This document shows, one piece after another, positions 26,281-38,200 of a stretch of DNA of 64,000 nt. Under the pieces are notes generated by a model. It did not search any database. It had not been told where the DNA came from and saw only the letters and a list, made by a program, of their open reading frames with translations. Source of the stretch: Mizuhopecten yessoensis (taxonomy: Eukaryota); assembly GCF_002113885.1 (NCBI RefSeq), contig NW_018480076.1:1066056-1130055 (forward strand). The letters run 5' to 3'. The first letter of the stretch is position 1. Every line of letters starts with the position of its first letter. The position numbers were made by a program, and so were the translations under genes.

Positions 26281-29200
26281 TTATGCTCTCTTTGGGGACG
26301 GGCTGCTCTCAATAGTCGAGTCCAAACTCATGCTGGGAATAGATACTGTGATACCTCTAGAAGAAGTTGGACCAAGGTTGTTCTGAAACAGTAAGGTACC
26401 ACAATGTAAAATGACCTTCAATTGTATATGTTCAACTATATATCCAGGTGTAAGTGGAGTCAAAACATGGTCAAAATAGCTTTGTCCTTTCATTGTAAGT
26501 ACACAAATTCTCATAATATTCATCCAAGTTGAAATTCATCCTATTGCGAAGACAAAATAATGAAAAAGAACCTTGTTATGTTTAGGATTTTTTTTTCTGT
26601 GAGGTAAAAAAGAAGTTCTGAAAAATCTTATTAAAGCAATACAGATGCTAATTTATCATGTTCAGCTTGAGAGTTTGTTGGAAATGATAGTATATTTTCA
26701 ATTCTATTTATTTTAGACTTAAACCCTTTCAACCCTATGTAACTTTAGTAGTCTCTTCCATGCATTGATCTGGATGAGTCCATATTATGGTCTACAGTGG
26801 TGAAAGAGTTAAAATAGGAATAAGAAAGCATACTGGTACCTGTTGTGTCAAGCCCTGGAGGCCGAGGTATTTGTCAGACTTCTGAGAGATCGGAGAAATT
26901 GGAGGAGAAACAGGATGGGAAGGAAGACCATGCTGAAATTAAATTACAAACAAATTGAAAGTGATGAAAATAATTTTCTGCTTCAGCTTACAATACCCTA
27001 GCAGTATAAATCTTGACCCCAAGAAGCGTACTTGAGATTGCATCTCTGGAATATTATGTTCATCTTCAAATGGTTAACACCAATAATCAACAATTATTAC
27101 CAAGCGACATAAATGGTTATTGAACTCAGACCTATATCATTTATGAGTTTTTATGTAACAAACCAGTACATTGTATATCTACCTGTTGTGGCTGGCGTTG
27201 CCCGAGAACTATGGCAGCACGTAGCTCGCTGTCCGTCTCCTGTAATATATGATGCTGGTCTAGGTGTTCATGGTGCTGGTTCTGCTGCTGCTGCATCAAC
27301 ACTTGCAGGCGTACCTGAGCTTCCTCGTGCTGCTTGTTCAGCTCGAGGATCTGAGCAGCCAGTATATCCTTGCTGTTGTAGGAGGGTGGGGCCGGCAGCC
27401 CGCTGGTGTGGGCAAGTTGTCCTTTATCCTGGCCTGAACCTTCAAGGCGTCCACCTTGGGACACACTTTGATACAGGCCTGACCCACCTATACCTCCACT
27501 CTGAGAAAACTGGCCTCCCGCTGGATATAACATGCCTGGCTGACCTCCCATTGATTGTGCCAACCCTGGCCGTATGGCTGAGTGTTCTGGTACCTGTACT
27601 GATGGCCTGCCACTGTCATGGAAGGACACTTCCACATTGCTCTGAACCAGGGGACTGGGACGTGGAACGGCAACCCTCGCAGCATTGTTGGCAAAGTTTG
27701 GTTGACCCTGCATGCTGGGTGGGCCTTGTCTTCCAGGGTATGAGGCTAAGGGATGTGCAATGCTGTAACCTTGTTTTGAGCTGCCAGTCAATGACTGCTT
27801 TTGGCTGGATGCCATAGATTGTGGGGGATTCCCAGGGGGAAGGCTCTGTAAGAATTGTGATTGTGGATACCATGGCGCCCCCTGAAACTGCTGAGGACCC
27901 ATGGGATCAGACTGGGCCTGGCTGGGACCAGAGTTCACCTGGTGTACACTATAAGGCATTGTCGATGTGGTAACACTGACACCAGATGTGGGTTGAAGGC
28001 CCGGACCATTTGATAGCTGGTTAGGCTCAGAGTGACTCTGACTATTCACAGAACTGGCCCGACTGGGGTCACTACTGACTGGTCCATGCATAAATTTTGG
28101 ACCACCTACAGGGAAACTCGAGTTGTAGTCAGGAAGGTTTACAGGCACTGGCTGTCCAACTGCAAATACAATTGGTAAAGATGAGTTAGGAATCCTCTGC
28201 TTACAGCTATTGAACCCTATCAGTTTATTGCGTCTCCAAAGAGAAGATTCAATAGCTTAAATATGCAATGCACTAAAAATCCTTGAAAATAACACTTCAA
28301 TGAAAATGCAACAAAAGTGATTTATTCTGATTTTAAGCTCCAGCGTGAGCTGAAATATTTGGAAATTAATAATCGATAGTTTACAGAACAAAAGAAATAT
28401 ATGCATTTTTCAAAATAATTTCTAGTGAACTTTTTCCTGTTTAAAAATTGGACAATAACTTTTATTGAAAAAATTGTTCATTTCAAACATCAAAACTCTC
28501 TATAAATTCAGTTCATGCTTTTAAATATACAATACAAACAACCTACAAAAAAAAAGTTCAAAAGTTCAAAACAAAATGTACTGGTTAGAGAAAAAACATG
28601 TTGTTTATGTTAAAAATAATGAAAATGAAGTGGATGAGATTCAAAATTCATATGGAAAACGTTATGATTCATAAATTCATATCAGTTAGTCATGTAACGA
28701 TCAGAACCTTCACCATCCTAAATAAAGTGTTTAAAGCACCTGAGTGAGGCTGGGTATCTGCTGGTTCCTCATCCTTCTGTAGGTAAGACTTCCTGACTGG
28801 TGGTGATAACAGAACAGCTGCTGAAGCTGACTGAACGTGATTGGGAATAGCTGATAGCTCCTGTGGCTGTTTGGCATCCTCATCAGAATCTGTGTTCACA
28901 TTGTATTATACAGGGTTTAAAATACTACTCTGACAAACAATCTTGATTCATAATTTAAATGAATGTGATGAGCAAATGAAAACTGTTTTTAGAATCGCAC
29001 ACGTAAAAACACTGCAAATTGACAAAGTTCCACTTGATGTAAAGTTTTACAACTATATTTTGAGAGAATGAAAAGAGAAATCATAGAAACTGTTATTGCA
29101 GAACTGTGCAAAACAATGAGTTTGATACGGAATTGCTCAAAATGTAAAAGTACAGGAGCAAACACAGAAGAATGTGCATACACAGAGTGTCTGAGTGACC

Positions 29201-32200
29201 ACGCCCTACCTATAATAGATGGCTGGGGAGGGGCTACTCCTCTTGGGGGTGTTCTTAAAACAGCTTCCTCCTCCATCAGACCAGCCTTGCGTAGCACAGT
29301 CTACAATCAAAACCAATGTTTTATAAAATGGACAACACAGACTATAGGACCTGGCAGTGCAATGCTATTCCCTCTAGCAGTCACTTATACATTTGGGTTT
29401 CTTGTTATTGAAAATATGAAACACAGTATTCTCCATTTTTATTTTGTAAATTAACATCTGCTGTACCCCCTTTCTTATTCCCAATTCTTCTTGTTCAATT
29501 TAACATCATAAAATCTCATTAAAATCATTTTTGTCTTCAATACCTTGAGGTGTTGTATTTCACTTTGTGTTTCCAGCTTATACTTGCTAAATTCATTTTT
29601 CAACTTTGCTGATTCATCTTGAGTTAGAATGATATCCTGCAAAAAAGAAGATACATGTAAGGAAAAATGCATTACATGAAAAAGGAAAATCATTTCATTT
29701 TGAAGCAATTCCATACAGATTTCTTTAAGGTAAAGAGTACCACCATTGCATCAGTTATAATCAAGAAGATGAGTTCCACTAAGTTCTTTTGATTTTTTTC
29801 TCTGTATACCCGGTAAGATAGAGCAACCAAATGCTATGAAGCAGTCATACCAAAAAACAAATGATTTACACTATTTCTATTCTACCCTTACTACAATATA
29901 ACTAGCTGGGTGGTCCGGTGGCCCAGGTGATAGCTTTTACCAAGACAGCCCAGTGAAATTCCCAGATGTCTGATCACATGGGCTACCATCTTGCACAGCA
30001 AGAGTGTTTAATTTCAGTTGATAAAGCTTTCTTCTTTATAGTTGAAAAACAAAGAAACTTGATATTTAACTAGCTGTCAAAGATTTGTGAGAAATATTGA
30101 GTTTTACAGAGACTAAAAATATCTTTTCTTGGGTGTTTCTCCAACGCTTACCGATGTGAGAGCATCTATCAACGCTGCTAACTGGGACACATCCTGCATC
30201 AGCTGCTCCCTCACTATTGTTTCTGCCTTCAGACGCAGATCGTTCTGTGTAAGGTAAGACACAGATTTAACATTAAAGATGACCCACTTAAGCTTTCCAA
30301 GAGAAACTTCACATCCGAGAATTTGACATATAAAGTCTAATGTAAAGAGTGCAATAACAGACCATGTTAACATGTAATTGAGGATACATGCAGTGTTTTG
30401 AGAAATTAATCAGACTTGAGTTATCAATACAATGTAACATGTCTGATCAGTACAGTGCAAGTTGTCTTAACACTAACAGTACAGTGAAGCCTGTCTAAAT
30501 CATGCGATGAAACCTGTCTTAAAAGTACAGTGAGACCTTTCTTAATATTACAATTATACCAGCATATTTCAGTGCAGTGAAACATGTCATAGTAAAATTC
30601 AACAGGAATAAATATTCAATCGTTCTGGTTACCACGTTCACCGTTTTTGGATAAATTAGTTTTACTTTTCATAGAAACGTCAACAGTAAGACAAAGTTGA
30701 ACATCTTGTTTAAAGAAATTTTACAGATAAAACAATTTAGACAAGTTATGCTGTATTTCATAAAAATTATCTTTTGCAAAGCAGATAGAATACTTTTAAT
30801 TCACTAACTGTGTAATGGTTTTATCTCTATCAGTATTGTTATGAAAGCGTGACAGACAGCCACCTCTTTGATATAATGGCTCTCCCACTTCTAACTTTTG
30901 TGAGAGACAAGATTTGTTTTTGCATTATTTTATGGCTGTCAACAAAGTAGGTCATTTAGGGCCAAGAGCAACAGGACAACCACATTTTTGAGAAATTGAC
31001 CTACTTTGGTGAAAGACAGCTACCTACCTCTTTGAGATATCGACTGAGTTTGGTAACAGAGTCAACGAGTGACAGTGTGTATCCAGAGAAGGTTTCCTGT
31101 CGGTGTTTTTCGGCTGGAGCACGATGTCCTGTCTGTTTCTCAAACCCGGCAATTTCATCCTGGAGATTCTCCAACACCTGATAATCAACATCAAAGCAGG
31201 CATTTAGCAAACTAAAGCTTACCCTCAAAATCAGCAGTTGTGTAATACCAACTGAAAATGACTACCACATGTGTTTGCTACAGTGTAGAGAGGCAGTTTA
31301 ACCAGAAAAGCAGTTCAATCAGAAATATTTTTCAGCAATTATAACACGTTCATTCCATATGTTAGCTGTTACCTTGCGTAGATCTGTCAGGTTGAAAGCT
31401 GACGTGTTGTTGTGTTGTGGAGATTTAGCAGGAGTCACTCTTTTTCTTGTTCTCTTGATCTTTTTTGTATCATTGATTGCAGACCTTGGGGTTTTCAGAA
31501 TTGAAACAGACTCATTCGGGTTCCTTTTTGGGGTTTCACATGCACTTCCTGAAATAAGAACAGACCTAATTTTGTTTAAAATTTCATTAAGGTGGATTAG
31601 CTAGGACATATGAAAATCTACACAAGATAAATGTTTTTTCATGAGACTTCCACACACTAGCTATGGCCCTGTGAGACTTCCAAACATAGCCTATGTAGGT
31701 TTGACATTGCTACACATAACCTATGGAGGTGTTAGACTTCAACATATTACTAATGGAGGTGTGCAGGCTTCCACATATTACCTATGGAGGTGTGTATGCT
31801 TCCACACGTTACCTATGGAGGTGTGCAGGTTTCCACATATAACCTATGGAGGTGTGTAGGCTTCCACACATTACCTACGGAGGTGTGTAGTCTTCCACAC
31901 TTTACCTATGGAGGTGTGTAGGCTTCCACACGTTACCTATGGAGGGGTGTAGGCTTCCACACGTTACCTATGGAGGTGTGGAGGCTTCCACACATTACCT
32001 ATGGAGGTGTGTAGGCTTCTGCAAATTACCTATGGAGGTGTGCAGGCTTCCACACATTACCTACGGAGGTGGGTAGGCTTCCACACATTACCTACGGAGG
32101 TGTGTAGTCTTCCACACTTTACCTATGGAGGTGTGTAGGCTTCCACACGTTACCTATGGAGGAGTGTAGGCTTCCCCACGTTACCTACGGAGGTGTGTAG

Positions 32201-35200
32201 GCTTCCACACGTTACCTATGGAGGTGGGTAGGCTTCCACACATTACCTACGGAGGTGTGTAGGCTTCCACACATTACCTATGGAGGTGTGTAGGCTTCTG
32301 CACATTACCTATGGAGGTGTGCAGGCTTCCACACATTACCTACGGAGGTGTGTAGGCTTCCACACATTACCTACGGAGGTGTGTAGGCTTCCACATATAA
32401 CCTATGGAGGTGTGTAGGCTTCCACATATAACTTATGGAGGTGTGTAGGCTTCCACACGTTACCTATGGAGGTGTGTAGGCTTCCACACGTTACCTATAG
32501 AGGTGTGAGACTGCCACACGTTACCTAAGGAGATGTGTAGGCTGCCACACGTTACCTATGGAGGTGTGTAGGCTGCCACATGTTAAGTATGGAGATGTGT
32601 AGGGTGGTTCACATTACCTATGGAGATGTGCAGGCTTCCACATGTTACCTATGGAGGTGTGAGACTGCAACAAATAACCTATAGATGTGTGAGACTGCCA
32701 CACATTACCTATTGAGATGTGAGACTGTCACACATTACCTATGGAGGTGTGAGACTGCCACACATTACCTTCTGAGGTGTGAGACTTTCACACAATACCT
32801 ACTGAAGTGTGTAGGCTTCCACACGTTACCTATGGAGGTGTGAGACTGCAACACATAACCTGTGGAGGTGTGAGACTGTCACACATTACCTATGGAGGTG
32901 TGAGACTGTCACAAATAACCTATGGAGGTGTGAGACTGTCACAAATAACCTATGGAGGTGTGAGACTACAAAACATAACCTATGAAGATGTGAGACTGCC
33001 ACATATTACCTTCTGAGGTGTGAGAATGTCACACAATACCTACTGAAGTGTGTAGGCTTCCACACATTACCTATGGAGATGTGAGACTGCCACACATTAC
33101 CTTCTGAGGTGTGAGACTGTCACACAATACCTACTGAAGTGTGTAGGCTTCCACATATTACCTATGGAGGTGTGAGACTGCAACACATAACCTATAGATG
33201 TGTTAGACTGCAACACATTACCTATAGAGATGTGAGACTGTCACACATTACCTATGAAGGTGTGAGACTTGGCATTCATTCCCTATGGAGGTGTGAGACT
33301 GTCACAAATAACCTATGGAGGTGTGAGACTACAACACATAACCTATAGATGTGTGAGGCTGCAACACATTACCTTTAGAGGTGTGAGACTGTCACACATT
33401 ACCTACTGAAGTATGAGACTGTAACTGATAGAGGTGTGAGACTGACATTCATTACCTATGAAGGTGTGAGACTTGACATTCATTCCCTATGGAGGTGTGA
33501 GACTGTCATTCATTACCTATAGAGGTGTGAGACTGACATTCATTACCTATAGAGGTGTGACACTGCCACACATTACCTACTGAGGTGTGAGACTGTCACC
33601 TATAGAGGTGTGAGACTGACATTCATTACCTATAGATGTGTGAGACTGACATTCATTAACTATAGAGGTGTGAGACTGACATTCATTACCTATAGAGGTG
33701 TGAGACTGACATTCATTACCTACTGAGGTGTGAGACTGTAACCTATAGAGGTGTGAGACTGACATCCATTACCTATAGATGTGTGAGACTGACATTCATT
33801 ACCTATAGAGGTGTGAGACTGACATTCATTACCTACTGAGGTGTGAGACTGCCACACATTACCTACTGAGGTGTTAGACTGTAACCTATAGAGGTGTGAG
33901 ACTGACATCCATTACCTATAGAGGTGTGAGACTGACATTCATTACCTATAGAGGTGTGAGACTGCCACACATTATCTACTGAGGTGTGACACTAACCTAT
34001 AGAGGTGTGAGACTGCCACACATTATCTACTGAGGTGTGAGACTAACCTATAGAGGTGTGAGACTGACATTCATTACCTATAGAGGTGTGAGACCACCAC
34101 ACATTACCTACTGAGGTGTGAGACTGTAACCTATAGAGGTGTGAGACTGCCACACATTACCTACTGAGATGTGAGACTGTAACCTATAGAGGTGTGAGAC
34201 TGACATCCATTAACTACTGAAGTGTGAGACTGTAACCTATAGAGGTGTGAGACTGACATTCATTACCTCCTGAGGTGTGAGACTGTAACCTATAGAGGTG
34301 TGAGACTGCCTCATCCATTACCTACTGAGGTGTGAGACTGTAACCTATAGAGTTGTGAGACTGACATTCATTACCTACTGAGGTGTGAAACTGTAACCTA
34401 TAGAGGTGTGAGACTGACATACATTAACTACTGAAGTGTGAGACTGTAACCTATAGAGTTGTGAGACTGACATCCATTAACTACTGAAGTGTGAGACTGT
34501 AACCTATAGAGGTGTGAGACTGCCACACATTACCTACTGAGGTGTGAGAATGTAACCTATAGAGGTGTGAGACTGCCACACATACCTACTGAGGTGTGAG
34601 ACTGTAACCTATAGAGGTGTGAGACTGCCTCATCCATTACCTACTGAGGTGTGAGATTGTAACCTATAGAGGTGTGAGACTGTCACACATACCTACTGAG
34701 GTGTGAGACTGTAACGTATAGAGTTGTGAGACTGACATCCATTACCTAATGATGTGTGAGACTGACATCCATTACCTACTGAGGAGTGAGACTGACATCC
34801 ATTACCTACTGAGGTGTGAGACTGTTACCTATAGAGTTGTGAGACTGACATCCATTACCTACTGAGGCGTGAGACTGTAACCTATAGAGATGTGAGACTG
34901 ACACATCCATTACCTACTGAGGTGTGAGGCTGACATCCATTACCTACTGAGGTGTGGGACTGACATCCATTACCTACTGAGGTGTGAGACTGACATCCAT
35001 TACCTACTGAGGTGTGAGACTGACATTACCTAAGGAGGTCTGTAGACTGGTCGTGTCCTGAATCTGTGTACTCTGTATAGGACCCTGGGCCAGCTGACTA
35101 ATCTGGGCCTGACCACTGATAGTGCTGAGAGTATTGTTCTTCTCCTCGTGGGCCAGGAACTTCTCAAACCGCTCCATATTCATTTGAGGTTGGTAAGAAA

Positions 35201-38200
35201 TCGGCTCAGGAGCAACTGCTTCATCATCTAGGAGGAAATATATAGGAAACTGTTAATACAATGACTCCAATGCCAGCACAATGTTCTGTATCTACAAGTC
35301 ATCATTCTAATAAGCTATTCAACTATAACAAAGAAATTACAACACTAAAATTTCAACAGAAACAAGTCAGTTTTATAAATTTTCTAGCATTTCAAAGTTT
35401 TCGTAACTATTGCTTACTTCTGATGTAAATTTAATTATATATTAGTCTTTTATAATTGATATTAACCTATGTCTGTTTTTCTTTCTTTTTTACTCAAGGG
35501 GAGGGGATGATTTATCCATTTTTTTTTTTTTTAAATGCCAACTTATAAGCATGATGAAATTCAGAATGTATCCCACACCTGAGTCAGTCTCAAAGTCATT
35601 GAGTGCTGAACCATCCATTAGTGACCGACTAAGGGCCTCCATGCGTGTTTTGATATCAGGGTGATCTGCGTAAAGGCTAGCTGTCCTGTCAAACATAAAG
35701 AGTACACAAGTGATTTAGTGTCTTATATTAAATCATATTTATCAAATCAAGGGGCCAAAGGCCATGGAAAACACCAGGTTGTGAGGATTGCTAATAAGAC
35801 GTTATCAAAGGATGGTATGATCTGTACCTCAAAAGAAAGGGATATTTTTGTACAACTAGGTGCTTCTGTGTTTCTAGAACACACAAACGTATATATGTAT
35901 ACACTGGTAAACAGTGAAAAATTCAAACATCGTATAGTGTTGTTTCTCATTTATTTTTATATGACTGTCACTGCCCATAATGATAATAAAGGATATTTAT
36001 ATGCCCTTATATTTACATAGTTAAACAAAAATGTTCAAAGGCAATTCTTTGTCAGCACACCTTTTTTCAAAATGTGTTTTATGGAGAAAAAAATTCACTA
36101 ATTTCACTAGTCTGTTTAGTTTGGCAATCTGATCCTATTGGGTTAAAACTAAAGTCACATTTGCACGAAAACAAAACGTGTCGGTACAAAAATGTTGTAA
36201 TGCATAGTGTAATCCAAGATAAAGACACATGATACAGGTTGATCCAGACAAGCTTGATAGTCGGGTGTAACACTTATTTTGTTTTATTGTTATTATTATT
36301 AAACACTAATTGTTATTTCAACAACATATCACGATGATGTGCTTTTTGATTGAAAAATGACAATGATGTTTAAGGGAAATTGGAAATATATGAAATACAA
36401 TGTACATGATGAAATGTCCTGTAGTTTAAACATTAACACCTAGATAATGGCTCTTACTAAAACATGTCAATGATGTACAATTTTGAACTGCAACTGAGGA
36501 GGTTCACTTTTTCAATCTTGAAACTTTCGATTAAAAAAAACCGTACTATTTCTAAAAGATGACAGGCAGGCAGTTGAAACCATACTTATGTGCTTTTAAT
36601 ACTGTATTGACATGTTTTTGACAAGCAGCGTATTTGAAATATTTTATCCATTTATTTTTAAAGACGATAAAACATTTACAGTATATGTTTTGAAATTAAG
36701 ACTTGTAATTAGTCTTTTGTCACTGCCTGTCACCAAATTATAAGGCTTAGAGAGATTGGTTGTGTTTTAACCTCAGAGTGCTGGAAGGCAGGGGTTCGAC
36801 TCACCAGCATCTCGAGCCACTTTTGACAAAGCTCTTAGCAGAGTGTTGCAAAAAAAATTGTTCACGTCTTGTCTATACAGTGACGGACCTTGTTGAAAAT
36901 GCTGTGTCAAATTTAGTAATACTGGTATGTTTGTATGCAAAATAAAATGTTGAGCAGTTGGAGAAATACCTATAGGAAGCTGCCACTGTTCTTCACAAAA
37001 GAATTAGTTAGAAAAGAATCATTACAAACCTGTCGACACCATCAGGGTCTGGGGCCGCAGTGACATTGGGAAAACCAGCAAATCTCTGAAAGTATTTGAA
37101 AATATTTCAAAATGCTTGCATCCTGCATTTCTAATCTCATCAAACAGATTTGATATGAGACTGATTTTAATGAGGCGATTATTTGGATATTGCATGTTTT
37201 AAAATTGACTTTTCATTATGACAAACATCATCCTGCTCATACATGTGACTGCATACTTGAACCAAACATGTATGTGCCAAAAGGTTGTATCTCACTAGGC
37301 ATAAATGCTCGACATCTAATTTACACACGGATACATAAACGTATTTAGCATACATATGTTTGCAAATTTAGTGAAAATGATCATCATCTTGCAATCATTT
37401 TTATCATTATTTGGACAAAGACTAGAGCCAAAGGTGATCAACCAATGACTATATTATACAAACCCTAGGGTCATCACCAAACATGTCCTTCACTGACGCC
37501 ATCATCTTATCTGACTTTGATATCGCATTTTGAAACTGGAATCACAAATATGATATCATGAAGCTTAATTTGTGGACATAATTTCAAATAAAAGGTAAAA
37601 CGTTGCATTAAACCTATTAGTTTAAGGCCATAAATCAACTGGAACGGATCAGAAAAGTATTCCTAGTTATGCTGACATCTCTCTTCAAGTGTCTGCTTTA
37701 AAGTATTTTAATGGAACCAGTTTGTTATGCTTCTATTTAATATGCCTCTGTATACCTTATGTCTGTATATGTTGTCTCTATTTGTTATGTCTGTATATTA
37801 TGCCTCTGTATGTTATGTCTCCGCTTGGGTCAGTACATTAGGTCTCTGTAGGTAATGTCACTATTTGTTGTCTCTGTAGGTAATGTCACTATATGTTATG
37901 TCTCTATACTACATCTCTGTAGGTAATGTCACTATTTGTTATGTGTCTATATTATGCCTCTGTAGGTAATATCACTATTTGTTATGTCTCTATATTATAT
38001 CTCTGTAGGTAATGTCACTATATGTTTTATCTCTGTAGGTAATATCACTATTTGTTATATCTCTATGTTATGTCTCTGTAGGTAATGTCACTATTTGTTA
38101 AGTCTCTATGTTATGTCTCTGTAGGTAATGTCACTATTTGTTATGTCTCTGTAGGTAATGTCACTATTTGTTATGTCTCTATGTTATGTCTGTATGTCTC

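Noticed and set aside
27113-27817. 234-aa plus-strand ORF antisense to the large SPICE1 exon
   Set aside because: It is a shadow ORF of a GC-richer low-complexity exon, with no recognisable domain.
31641-33908. Repetitive ORFs (HITYGGVRL..., CQSHTSIGNE...) in the ORF track
   Set aside because: They are translations of the 30-bp minisatellite, with frequent stops and no gene structure.
36780-36812. GGTTCGACTC B-box-like motif suggesting a tRNA
   Set aside because: No cloverleaf or matching A-box could be built; at most it is a SINE or TE fragment.
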